Assembly (NCBI GenBank): GCA_002269645.1
Contig: NIVC01000029.1
Span: 434,001 to 498,000 of the forward strand
Direction: 5' to 3'
DNA: 64,000 bases
From: Macrostomum lignano
Taxonomy: Eukaryota
Shown: positions 17,801 through 29,720 of the stretch, piece by piece
Position numbering within the stretch: position 1 is the stretch's first letter
How the letters are laid out: every line of letters starts with the position of its first letter
Program-made: the position numbers and the translations under genes
Notes under the pieces: model-generated
Databases searched by the model: none
Seen by the model: only the letters and a program-made list of their open reading frames with translations
What the model was told of the DNA's origin: nothing

Positions 17801-20800
17801 TGTACGTGTAGGAATCGTGAGATTCTGGGGGTAAGAATCGTGAGATTCTGGGGTGTAGGAATCGTGAGATTCTGGGGGTAACAATCGTGAGATTCTGGGG
17901 GTAAGAATCGTGAGATTCTGGGGGTAAGAATCGTGAGATTCTGGGGGTAAGAATCGTGAGATTCTTGGGGTAAGAATCGTGAGATTCTGGGGGTAAGAAT
18001 CGTGAGATTCTTGGGGTAAGAATCGTGAGATTCTGGGGGTAAGAATCGTGAGATTCTGGGGGTAAGAATCGTAAGAATCGCAACTTGCGAATATATTATT
18101 GATTAATTTAAAAAATTAGGATAACTCAAGTCTAAACTCTAAACTTTAAACTTCAATTTTAATTCAGTGAACTCTTAATTAGCTACCTCTAAAATGTTTG
18201 CTAATGAATTTTCCTTGAAAGCACGTCAAAGTAATTTCTAGGCTTCCTCTAAACAAAATGGCTTCAACTTTCAAATTCCTTTTCAAGTAGTTGAGGTTAG
18301 ATAGTTAATTGAAACTAAATTGCACCCTTTAGTTTTCCTTTGTCTTAGTGGGTGGCGGTTTTACTCAAGTATTTTCAAGAATTTTTTAGTTCAGCTAACA
18401 ATTATTTTCCCCATGAAGTTAGCAAAACCTTATTTTGCATATGCGTAATTTAAATATATTTCATTCATTGTATCATACAAGTAAATAAATTTGTGAAGCC
18501 AAAAACCTAACTAACTATTAATCGTTTTGCTGTTATGCTACTACTCGTGAGTAACAATTATGTTAAATATTATATTTTAACCTTTTTCTAATTTCAGCTA
18601 AAGTTTCAATAACTAACTAACAAATTATATGTGCAGATATACAAAATCATAAATATGCTAACAACAACGACAGTGTTATTGGAAAAATCTGCTTCCAATA
18701 AAAATTTTAAAGTTCATAAGACGATGAAACTAAGAGAAAGGCTTAATAATTTACTTTATAATTTCCAACCTAAATTTAAATCCGTTTCCTAAGTTATTCC
18801 AACTAAATAAAGACGACCGCGCTTTTACCGTTACTGTTTTACTCGTTAACTAATCAATGAAGTGCACTGTTAACCCAACTGCCGCCCACCCGTAGGTACG
18901 TCCAGTTCCGTCGCGTATTGAAAAATTGTTGCATCTGCAAAAGTGCACCCTAATGCCAGCCGACCTGCGTGAGTTCGAATCTTATTTCTCAACTGGGTGA
19001 AGGATTATTGATTCGGTGTGGGATTGATAGAAACTGTTGGGGGGGGGATTCAATATTTTCATGTCAGAAGATTAGATCGAAAGAATAGCGTGAGAAGATG
19101 GGATCAAATATTATAACGTGTGGAGATGAGATCAAAGATTCTAGTGTGAGGAGATGAGATCAAAACATTATAGCGTGAGAAGATGAGATCAAAGATTCTA
19201 GCGTGAGGAGATAAGATCAAAGATTCTAGCGTGAGGAGATGAGATCAAAACATTATAGCGTGAGGAGATGAGATCAAGATTCTAGCGTGAGAAGATGGGA
19301 TCAAAGATTATAGCGTGAGAATATGGGATCAAAGTTTATAGCGTGAAAGTGGGATCAAAGATAGCATGAGTATGGAGTCACTCTCAAGGCAAGGCAAGGT
19401 GAACTAAATGAAAATGAGACTAGGTACATCATGTACTTCGGTACGCACATCGCCGGCCACATCTGCAGCCGTAACCGTGTTGGATCGCTTCGTTCGACTC
19501 TGCTTATTCGACGGCAAAGGCCCCGTGTCCAACGTGCTCACCGTTCGAGCCATGCCAGCCAGCAGAAACGACGACAGAGTCTGGAATTTTGCCAGCCGTC
19601 TGGGCGACTCAACGCCCGGATTAGAGTTTGGAGAGCTGTACCTCAGGTACAACTACGGTCCAAATCATGTCTGCCTCCTGCTTGAGGCCACCATCGTCTG
19701 CCCTGAGACCGCAACTTTGGGACAGCAGGTGAACTGTCCTTGTTAGTTTTTTAGTTTAGAAGGCTGGAGGCTGTGTGCATTCCACCGATTCCCCTGAGCA
19801 GGCGCACAAGCGCAAGATACGTACGCAGTCATACGCACAGGTACATACTCACACAGGAGTGTACAGCAGGGCATGTACACCTCACTGTGCCTTCGGAGGG
19901 GATGGCTCTCAAGGGCGTTAACTACACGAGCAGTGCCAAGCCGAGATTCCAATTCAGCCCCAAATTAATGTGACTGCACTTGGAATCGAGCCTGGGCCGC
20001 AGGTTCGCCTGACTGTGTTTGGCAATCTGCCTCTACAACCACTCTCAGTCTCAGAGCCTCTCAATTCACTCTCTCACTGAACTGGAACGAATAATCAATC
20101 AATTTTATTCACCATTCATTCCTTTCCAGCCAACTGGAAATGAGAAACTCGTCGAACTGAGCATTGGTCACGTGACAGTTCCTCTATTCGACGATAACGG
20201 CGCTCCTTTGCCGCCAAAGTAAGTGAATTAATATACGATCCCTTTAAAATTTGAAGTTTTTCAATGTATTTTAACTAGTGATTAAATAAATTTGATTTAG
20301 AATTAGATTGCACTGCTTTTATGCGGAGATTGCAGGCACAACTGCGCTCCTCCAATTGGCAGAGCAGTGGCTCATTTCAGCAGGTACTGCAATTTGTCGA
20401 AGGAAGACATCAATTGGCATTAAAATTTCACATTAGGATGATGCATTTAGCGGGTTTCTTAAACAAGTCTAAGAATAAAAGTGCATGCATTCGTTTCTCT
20501 TGGTGAATGCGCTTCTCAAAAAAACGCTTCTCTTGGTGAATGCATGTTAATAGAATAATATTGATCATCATATTTGAAAGCCTGCATCATTTTTTGGCTT
20601 CATTGACATTAGGAGTTTGTAAATAAATGTGTACTTTTAATCTATCGCCTGTCATTTACTTACTAATGACACGAAATGTCATGTCCATGTACGTGTCTCG
20701 TATTGTTGACGCCTACAGTAGTTAAAACAAAATCAATGGTGGAGCCAAAGCAAACAGAATGGGGTGGACATTGCGAATAGCACTACTGAAAGTGTCAAAA

Positions 20801-23800
20801 ACATCAGTAGAATTTTTACAAAACTTTAATTTTATGAGTTTATTAAACTACTTTATGCAGGTCGCTCGATTTACAATTGGAGGGCGGAACGCCGTTTGAA
20901 CATCAGGTTGAAGTTGACTCAAATTTGAGCAAACCTGGAGGTAATAATAGTATGATTTTACTATTGAAATATTTACCAATTAATATATTTTTGTATTAAA
21001 ACAAGGTGCTTATTGTTGCTAGATTTACTTTTATCTACGAGTATTATAGCCGTTGTCTCTAGTTTACTTGTAAATTTTTTGTTAAATGACGTGAAAATAT
21101 AAATTAATCGACGTTTTGTTTAAGAGCAGTCAAGTAAAATTAAACCATTTTAAACAAACATACGGCATTTTTCAGTTTCTAACAGGCGTCAATCCCTTTG
21201 GGACGCGCTGGAGTCCAGTTTTAGCGGTACAACTTTGAAAAAAACAAGAAAAAATCTACCTTTTTGCTTAAAGCTGAAAATTTTGAAGTTTATTTCAGAT
21301 TTTCTATTGCAATTTTTCGCGCAATACTAATTATAAAAATATTTTAAATAATCATTGATTTGTATTGAATCATTTTTTATTAAAATTAGACTTATATAAA
21401 TTAACAAAATGAAAGCGTAAATTTTGCTAAGATTGCGTTAGTTTAAGTAGTATAGAATGCAAAATTAATTGTCCTCAATAAAATTTATTTTTACAGCGAA
21501 CCAATCAACGGGTGGTTTATTCAGAGGCTCGCAGCAGAACAAACAGCCAAGAATTCATTTGAAATTCACCATGCCAAATCGAGAAGTGAAGGAGTTCATG
21601 GAGTGAGTATCGAGCTCATTTTCGTATTTTTTTATTCTGGTTTACAGTCTATATAACTAAATTTAAACTTACTTTAACTAATTTTGATAAGTCAATCATG
21701 GAGCATCATCTAAGATACCTTCTTGGTGTTTCATTACTAACTCCTCATCTCTCATCAACTCATCTCTTATCTTGGCGCCTAATTTCTCATCTTGGCGCCT
21801 AATTTCTCATCTTGGCGCCTTATCTCTCATCTTCGAGCCTCACTTCTCATCTTGGCACCAATAATCTCTCATCTTGGCGCCGATCATCTCTCATCTTGGC
21901 GCCGATCATCTCTAATTTTGGCGCCTCATTGCTCATCTTGGCGTCTCATTTCTCATCTTGGCGCCTCATTTTTCATCTTGGTGCCTCATCTCTCATCTTG
22001 GCGCTGATCATCTCTCATCTTGGTGCCTCATCTCTCATCTTGGCGCTGATCATCTCTCATCTTGGCGCTGATCATCTCTCATCTTGGCGCTGATCATCTC
22101 TCATCTTGGCACCGATAATCTCTCATCTTGGCGCCGATCATCTCTCATCTTGGCGCCGATATCTCTCATCTTGGCGTCTCATCTCTCATCTTGGCGCCTC
22201 ATTTTTCATCTTGGTGCCTCATCTCTCATCTTGGCGCCGATCATCTTTCATCTTGGCGCCGATCATCTCTCATCTTGGCGCCGATCATCTCTAATTTTGG
22301 CGCCTCATTTCTCATCTTGGCGTCTCATTTCTCATCTTGGCGCCTCATTGCTCGTCTTCGCGCCTCATTTTTCATCTTGGCGCCGATCATCTCTCATCTT
22401 GGCGCTGATCATCTCTCATCTTGGCGCCTCATTATCATTGGGCGCCTTATATCTGTCATTGTGATTTATTATCGCAAAAAATTGGCGCACTAAAACCAAA
22501 TCGGCACTGCTCCCAACACGCAATGCAGCACATGTCCAAGCACCATCATTGGGAGCATCGCTCACCTGCAGTTGCACAGCCTCTATAGACACCTGCTAGG
22601 CCAAGAGCTTAGCATGGATAGTAGAATTGTTGAACGAGACAGCGCGCCAGTCTACGGACCATGTCTGGTTCAATTTCCCGCCATGGCTGACCAACCAGAT
22701 CTGATGGATCTTATTCGGGTGAGATAACCACATCCTTGTCGTGAGCTGCTGGAGGGGTAGAAATTGAGTCATACTATATTATACTACGTACATAGTCGCA
22801 ATCTGATTGGCTGCTGAGGGATAGAAAAGCCTAGAATGATAAGAGTCGGATTCTGATTGGCTGCTGAGGGATAGAAAAACCTAGAATGATAAGAGTCGGA
22901 TTCTGATTGGCTGCTGAGGGATAGAAAAACCTAGAATGATAAGAGTCGGATTCTGATTGGCTGCTGAGGGATAGAAAAACCTAGAATGATAAGAGTCGGA
23001 TTCTGATTGGCTGCTGAGGGATAGAAAAACCTAGAATGATAAGAGTCGGATTCTGATTGGCTGCTGAGGGATAGAAAAACCTAGAATGATAAGAGTCGGA
23101 TTCTGATTGGCTGCTGAGGGATAGAAAAGCCTAGAATGATAAGGGTCGAATTCTGATTGGCTGCTGAGAGATAGAAAGTAATTACTGCTATAAACTACGA
23201 TCAAATGGTAAGGAACTTATTTTCACTTCATTTTAGCGTCGGTGGAACGAATTCGCAAAACGTGATCGAGCTTTTAGAGTAAGACAATGAAGCTTAATTG
23301 AATGATAGGGTTTTTCTCTAAATTGTAAATATTTTGAATTGAATTTCAGAACTTTAACAAAAAACAACCTAATTTTTTATCCAGAAACCAATAGCCACAG
23401 AGACAATGAAGCTGGAGTTTAGCCGCATTGTTAAGTCGACCTATTTTCTTAATCAGGTCAAGGATTTTCAGCCCTACGTGTTTGGCAACAAGGCGCAAGA
23501 GCAGGTAGGCTAATGGAGAAGTTTACCTGTCAGACAGTCGTCCCACACCTGTCAGACAGTCGTCCCACACCTGTCAGACAGTCGTTCCACACCTGTCAGA
23601 CAGTCATCACACACCTGTCAGAGAGTCATCACACACCTGTTAGACAGTGATCACATAACCTGTTAGACAGTTATGACACACCTGTTAGACAGTCATCACA
23701 CACCTGTTAAACCAGTCATGACACACCTGTTAGACATTCATCACACACCTGTTAAACCAGTCATGACACACCTGTTAAACCAGTCATGACACACCTGTTA

Positions 23801-24397
23801 AACCAGTCATGACACACCTGTTAGACATTCATCACACACCTGTTAAACCAGTCATGACACACCTGTTAAACCAGTCATGACACACCTGTTAAACCAGTCA
23901 TGACACACCTGTTAGACAGTCATCACACACCTGTCAGACAGTCATCACACACCTGTCAGACAGTCATCACACACCTGTCAGACAGTCATCACACACCTGT
24001 CAGAGAGTCATCACACACCTGTTAGACAGTGATCACATACCTGTTAGTTATGACACACCTGTTAGACAGTGATCACATACCTGTTAGACAGTTATGACAC
24101 ACCTGTTAGACAGTGATCACACACCTGTTACAGCGATCACATACCTGTTAGACAGTCAGGAAAAACCTGTTAGACAGAATCCCCAGTTTAATTAATCCCA
24201 TCATAACAAAATCCCGAATCCCTCAGACCCGAGCAAATCTTATCCAGGATTTCCAACGCCGGACAGCCACGGATCCCAGTGGAACAGGCTTCAGCCTGTC
24301 CGCCGATTTTGCAGTCGAACCGTTTAGCATGCTTGAGGTTACTATGCCGTTGCTGGGGCCTCATTCAGTACCAGTTATCCCTGTTGCAGTCGAATGA
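11065..24397 (+). CDS. NPHP1: Nephrocystin-1, 18 exons, about 829 aa
   Basis: Exons: 11065-11115, 11581-11642, 11743-11800, 11928-11996, 12072-12715, 12888-13080, 14089-14193, 14568-14652, 16193(or 16199)-16284, 18896-18968, 19469-19728, 20130-20218, 20861-20940, 21497-21602, 22529-22718, 23237-23278, 23385-23504, 24227-24397. Phases all match. Acid-flanked SH3 (YEVLHAY...[22 protein letters not shown]). Motifs [60 protein letters not shown] and EPF match recalled human NPHP1. Confidence 0.92.
13200..14020. repeat. 25-bp minisatellite in NPHP1 intron 6
   Basis: Unit CTTCAGCACACAGTGG(C/G)GCCCACC(A/G). Confidence 0.95.
14405..14520 (+). mobile_element. Internal fragment of a SINE-like dispersed repeat (copy A)
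   Basis: GAGGGCCAACCTCCCAAGGCGCACAGAGTGTACATGTCCTG...CTGTACAC..ATGTGAG aligns by eye with 19743-20055(-) and 48295-48500(+). Confidence 0.6.
14745..15155. repeat. Interrupted (GACA)n microsatellite in NPHP1 intron 8
   Basis: CAGA repeats interrupted by CACT units. Confidence 0.95.
15493..15506. promoter_or_regulatory. Candidate RFX X-box in NPHP1 intron 8
   Basis: GTTGCCTTGGTTAC; the reverse complement GTAACC-AA-GGCAAC matches GTNRCC-N(0-3)-RGYAAC exactly. Confidence 0.35.
16858..18080. repeat. 21-22 bp G-rich minisatellite in NPHP1 intron 9
   Basis: Unit GAATCGTGAGATTCTGGGG(GTAA/TGTAG). Confidence 0.95.
19085..19370. repeat. About 29-30 bp degenerate minisatellite in NPHP1 intron 10
   Basis: Unit TAGCGTGAGGAGATGAGATCAAAGATTC-like. 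Confidence 0.85.
19743..20055 (-). mobile_element. tRNA-headed SINE-like element (copy B, longest) in NPHP1 intron 11
   Basis: On the - strand: A-box-like GACTGAGAGTGGTT, B-box-like GGCTCGATTCC, body shared with copies A and C, and a CTAAACTAAAAAACTAA tail. Confidence 0.6.
21750..22445. repeat. Variable 15-22 bp pyrimidine-rich minisatellite in NPHP1 intron 14
   Basis: Core TCTCATCTTGGCGCC, with or without GATCATC. Confidence 0.92.
22800..23175. repeat. 50-bp tandem repeat (7-8 copies) in NPHP1 intron 15
   Basis: Unit TCTGATTGGCTGCTGAGGGATAGAAAAACCTAGAATGATAAGAGTCGGAT with an exact 50-bp period. Confidence 0.95.
23525..24175. repeat. 22-bp minisatellite in NPHP1 intron 17
   Basis: Unit CACACCTGTTAGACAGTCATCA and variants. 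Confidence 0.93.
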
Positions 24398-25190
24398 CAA
24401 GAAACTGTTTAGCGAACAGAGAAAAAGTAATGAAAAACTATTCTCTGTATACTATAAGTAGTAGACTGTCGATCAGTCGTACTAGTTTTTTTTCAAACTT
24501 TTATTCCTTCATATTTTTTGTAACTCTCTTCACACCAAAATACTTTGTTGTGTTTGTTCTAAATCTGCATTCCCTATCGAAATTCTAGTGATGATTTTTT
24601 TTGCGATGATTTATTACTTTATCCAAATATGTACACATAGCAATATTATTCATATTTTAAAATTTAATCATAATCAAAGATTTATTTGAGTTAAAAAAGT
24701 TGTCAAAAGTCAAGCAGCGGGTTTTGTTGAGAACGGATTAGGTACATTGTTTCTTATAAAATATTTTAATGTTTTTTTATACAGAACAGCCATTTTCTAA
24801 GACACTAACTTTCCCGATTTTTGATTTTTAAATCTGATCTCTCGATTCTATTTTTTCGCCTGGCAAGACATTGATGTGAATTAAAGTCTGCAACTGTAAA
24901 ACACCTTCTATAAAAAAATTAAATTCTTGATTTGTTACTTTTTAAATATTTTAAAAGTAAAACAACAACAAACCTCTACAACTGTTTTATTTCTCTGGTC
25001 GTTAAAAAAACTAAAAAATAAATAGCTCGCAAGTGTTACGCGGAGAACATAAAAACAAAATGCGTATTGACATTTCTTTTCGAAATTGAATGTTTATTGA
25101 GTTAAGAAAAATGATAGCGCCAGTCGGTGGTACAGTACACTACAGAGAGTTTATTTAGGCGGGCTAGAACTATAAGTCATAAAAATGATC

Positions 25191-25877
25191 TCACTGAGCA
25201 ATCTGCTCAATAACCCAGTCAGGGTTGGCGCAGAAGGTGAACCTATTGTCTACTGGCGTGCCCTCAACGAATCGCGCGTAGGTCAGCCGCACGTTGCCGA
25301 CCTCCTTGGAGTTCTCGTAAAACTCGAAGTGATTCGGCTCCACCTTGAAGAGCAGCATGGACTCTGGCGGCGGAATCTTGGAGTCCTTGTACTGGGCCAG
25401 CTTGTGCCTCAGCTCCTGGAATTTCTCCTTGAACTCTGAGTCGATCACCTTGCTCTGGTTGGAGTCGATAGCGCTGAAGTAGCACTTCAGGTCTGGCGTG
25501 AACATCTTCTGGAAGTAGCTGTTGATCACGTGACGGTCTCTGATCATGGAAGTCTCGCCGGCCACGGTCACGTGACGGCCGATTGGCAGCCAATCAAAGT
25601 ACAGGCAGACATTTTTATTCTGCGATATTTGGCTGCCCTTGCGGCTGTGCAGGGTGGACAGGAACAGAAAGGAGTTGTCGCAGACGTCGGCGAGCTGCAT
25701 GGGCCGCTGCGATGGCGTCATGGACTGCGGGCAGGCCGTGGCGAGGACGAAGGTGTCGGCGTTGCCGAACTGACCGCATCTGGCGGCGTCCTTCTGCCAG
25801 CGGCGGAACAGACAGAACGGCTGCGAGAAGCCGCGGCTGATCGCGTCCTTCGGATCGCGGATGGGCTTTGTGTGCGG
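25191..25877 (-). CDS. Divergent PNPO-like protein, terminal coding exon, copy 2 (inverted paralog of 1250-1936)
   Basis: 687 bp; acceptor CAG at 25880-25878; translation identical to copy 1; 4 synonymous differences. The 5' exon was not identified. Confidence 0.8.
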   Translation of the reverse strand, partial: PHTKPIRDPKDAISRGFSQPFCLFRRWQKDAARCGQFGNADTFVLATACPQSMTPSQRPMQLADVCDNSFLFLSTLHSRKGSQISQNKNVCLYFDWLPIGRHVTVAGETSMIRDRHVINSYFQKMFTPDLKCYFSAIDSNQSKVIDSEFKEKFQELRHKLAQYKDSKIPPPESMLLFKVEPNHFEFYENSKEVGNVRLTYARFVEGTPVDNRFTFCANPDWVIEQIAQ

Positions 25878-26420
25878 CTGCGGAGGGTGAAGCGGGTGCG
25901 GAGGGTGAAGCAGGTGCGGAGGGTAAAGCGTGTGCGAATATTTGAAGCGGGTGCGGAGGGTGAAGCGGGTGGGAAGGGTAAAGCGGGTGCGAATATTTGA
26001 AGCGGGTGCGGAGGGTGAAGCGGGTGCGAAGGGCAAAGCGGGCGCGGAGGGTGAAGCGGATGTGGAGGGTGAAGCGGGTGCGGAGGGTGAAGTGGGTGCG
26101 GAGGGTGAAGCGTGTGCGAAGGGTAAAGCGGGTGCGAATATTTGAAGCGGGTGAGGAGGGTAAAGCGGATGCGGAGAGTGAAGCGGGTGCGAAGGGTGAA
26201 GCGGGTGTGGAGGGTGAAGCGGATGCGGAGGGTGAAGCAGGTGTGAAGGGTAGATTGGGTGCGGTGGGTGGAGGGTATAATGGGTGAGGAGGGTGAAGCG
26301 GGTGTGGAGTGGGTGTAATACCCCACCGATCGGGTGCGGTGGGTGGAGAATATAACCTGTAAGGAGGCAGGAGGGTGAAGCGGGTGTGGAGGGTATAATA
26401 GGAGAGGAGGGTAAAGCGGG
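25878..26420 (-). repeat. Same 18-19 bp minisatellite family as 25-1249, shorter and decaying away from the exon
   Basis: Reverse-complement units such as CGGAGGGTGAAGCGGGTG and CGAATATTTGAAGCGGGTG. Confidence 0.92.
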
Positions 26421-28104
26421 TGTCAAGGGTAAAGTGGCGCAGAGGATATAACAGGTTGAGGGTGAAGCAAGTGTTGAGTGTGGAGGGGGTAGGGAGAGTA
26501 TGGGGGCCTGTAGATAAACATGTGTTGAAGATATATTAAATATCATGCTAATGATGCACACTAAATTACTTTTCTTAGTCAGTTGTATAAGAATACAGCT
26601 TAATCAAAATTCACAGAAAGCCTCATGATAAGCACAATCTTTTATACCACATGGTAAATATAGCTTACCTATAGAATAGGTAAATATATTTTTGTGAAAA
26701 AGTAGTAGTATTTATTGTTTAAAATGCTTTATTTCTTAGTACACTACACAGGGGCATAGGCCATAGGCAAACTTTATTAGGCCTAGCCTATGCTATATAT
26801 TTAGTTTTTAGGTAAAGTCTAATAATTATTATAATTGCTTTAACTTTGTTTTGGCTTGAAGTAAGTATGTCAAAAATTCATCAATTATGAATAAATAAAT
26901 AACACAAATAGTTCAACTTATATGACAAAAATCAATTTTTATATCAAGACAAATAAAACTTATTGTCTTGACTGTTTCAATATAACAAAACCATTAAATT
27001 TTGGCCAATGTGTTTAATTATTTCTTGTTTTGAAATAACTGTCTGGGAATCCATGTACCAGCACATTTCTAGGCACATATGCAGTTTAAACAAAAACACA
27101 AGCGAAATTCTCCTAATTGAAATAATTTAATAAGAAAATAGTTTGCTAATTCCTACCTCACTATGAACAAAATGTATTACCTTAAATACATTTAATATCT
27201 ATAATAACTTAAATAACTATAATCCAAGGCCTTTTTAAACTTGGTACTTTAGATAGCTTTCAATGTATTATTCAACACTTAGTGAGGAGGTAGACAAACA
27301 TTTATACAATTGAATCTTCCTATCCTATATACGAAATATCTAATTTGAGGTTTGTATGATTGTTTGCTTGTAAACTAACTATAACAGACAAGGAATCATA
27401 CGGTTAAAAATGCCTTAGTAAACTTCCGATCGGCAATGAATAGATGCATGGGTATCTAAAGCTGCAAACTGGTATTATTGTCATTGACAATGTACAGAAT
27501 CAGAACGTACTTATTCTTATTTAGTCGATCAGATCAGGACAACTAGATCCCAGTACAGGATCAAAAAACGAAATACCACCATTAAAGAAATCGTGAAGAA
27601 AAATATTAACTTTTTGGAGATAATGCTGTAACTTTGTTTTAATATTAGTTTTTTTAGTAAATTCTTTCCATAGTAAAAAGTATTTTTTAAACTCCTTTGT
27701 TTTACAGCACACAGCCATATTTTATAATGATGATGTATGTTTATATCCAAAGACGAAACGACAACTTAAATTATTCTCAAAGTTGCATATTAAAATGAAT
27801 ACTTTTTTCGCTCTTACCGTTTTTAAGTGAAACTATACATTTGTTTAAATCAATTTTTATCAAAACTAACAAACAGTGCAGAATTTAAAAGTGTAAACAA
27901 ATGCACGTTTTCAGCCATGCGCAGATGCAGTGCAGTCAAATTAGGCCTATGTCAAATTGTCAGAATGCACGAAGTAAGGCTTATATAGGCGTTAAAGCTT
28001 TAGGCTTAGGGAGCTAGTCCACTATAATCATAATATTTATACGGCTGTAATCTATCCATGATAAACATGTTTTAGAATGACATTTTGCCATTTCTATTGC
28101 CAGC

Positions 28105-28463
28105 CTGGGTTTTTTTCGCCAGAGACAAGGTGCAAAATCGCACCTTGTGCCAATTTTCAAGGTGCGATTTTAAGGCTCAGAGTGCAATTTCTCTTGAGTC
28201 TTGTTTCAGACAACTGGGAATGTATATTTCAATATCTTACATAAGGCTATAGCCATAGGCTATATCGCCTATATGACTTAATAGGATTTAAAGAGTTATT
28301 TTGTTTCATATTTTAAGGCAGTGCATGAAAAATAGCTTAAGAATGGTTAAGCCTTTTTAAAATGGTTTTAAGACTGCACCTAAACTGCACCTACCTTTTA
28401 ATTTCAGGGTGCAATTTTAAAATTTAGGGTGCATACGCACACTCTGTGCACAAAAAAACCCTG
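28105..28463. mobile_element. MITE (359 bp) with 12-bp TIRs and 9-bp target-site duplication
   Basis: Ends CTGGGTTTTTTT and AAAAAAACCCTG (1 mismatch); ATTGCCAGC directly repeated at 28096-28104 and 28464-28472; internal GTGCA/TGCAC motifs. Confidence 0.8.
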
Positions 28464-28540
28464 ATTGCCAGCCTAGCTATCATTAAGTCAGGTGGCTTTT
28501 TTGTAAACCAGCCAGCCAGAGCCAGTGGCTGGAGGGTGCT

Positions 28541-29720
28541 AGGCTTTTTGGCGACAGTTGATTTCAGCGACAGTTGATTTCGGCAACATGAAAAATTGTG
28601 ACTTTGGCGACAAGCAATGTTAAATTTGGCAACAAGTATGTTTTGTCAACAATGCTTATTGTCTGAGTACAACTGTGTGTTTCCAAGAGTGTTCTAACTC
28701 AATCCAAGTCAAAGTCAATGCAATTGTCATTGAAAACCATAGACCCAAAAGCCGCGCAAATGATGCAATGCCCATGGCCTCACCTACCCCCGATTGCAAA
28801 ACCAGAGAAGTGAAGGAGACTAAAGCTACCTGACAGTAGCATAAAAATTATGGTGTACTATGGCGCCATAACCCATCACCCACCCCACACACCAGCTAAG
28901 TATAAGCTATTTATTTCAAAGCACTTCAAAGTGCTTTATCACAAAGACAAGTGCAAAAAAGGCAAAGGCCACATTAGGTATCTGCCATTCCATAGAGTTG
29001 CAGCCCATGTACTTCTATGGCAGCGTGTATTCCACAGAGCCCATATGGAGCTGTTTAAATCAGCTGCTCAAATTGCTCGAGATGAGTGCTTAGCATCTGA
29101 GTTATTATTTGAGGTGAGAAGAACATGCAATTTGTTATATCGGCAATGGGCTAGGGCCTATAATATACAGTACTACTTGGTACCTACAATGTAATAGTCT
29201 TGACAATAGGCTATAGGATTTGTATAGCCTGCATGATACTTAAGACGTGGCCATATGATAAAATTGAAATTTTGATTCAATAAACATAGAAACCACAGTA
29301 TATGTAAATGTTCTCATAGGATTAGAGTTGCAAATCGTACTGCAACGAAGCCGCCTTGGTGATGGGGCTCGCTCACACACTTGATTGGTCTCTTTAGGTT
29401 GGTGGGTACAAAGTCAGAGTGCAGATATTTATTAAAGCTTTTTATCCCAACAAACAATCAGCACATAACAGGATTGCTTGTCAGAGCACACATGTTCGTT
29501 ACATTTAACAAAAAGGGAAAATATTTTGTAGGCTGTAGGTGGTTAAGGTAGGATATAGAGGCATTGGTTATATTAGTAAGAATATAATAAAAAGATTAAA
29601 TAAATAGCCATAGAAAGTGATTTGTAAAAGTGAAGAGAAACTTTTCGCCAAATTTAACATTGCTTGTCGCTGAAGTCACCATTTTCCATGTTGCCAAAAT
29701 TAACTATTGCCAAAATGCCT
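28541..29720. mobile_element. Non-autonomous DNA-transposon relic with ~85-bp imperfect TIRs
   Basis: Left GGCAACATGAAAAATTGTGACTTTGGCGACAAGCAATGTTAAATTTGGC is the reverse complement of right GCCAAATTTAACATTGCTTGTCGCTGAAGTCACCATTTTCCATGTTGCC. No clear TSD and no transposase ORF. Confidence 0.65.

Noticed and set aside
22800-23175. Regular arrays as CRISPR
   Set aside because: Units are contiguous with no unique spacers, there are no cas genes, and the context is eukaryotic. The same holds for all arrays in the window.
27500-27900. Minus-strand donors near 27817 and 27510 as the coding 5' exon of PNPO-like copy 2
   Set aside because: I found no ATG-initiated open frame ending in phase 0 at these donors; they could only be UTR exons and are unsupported.
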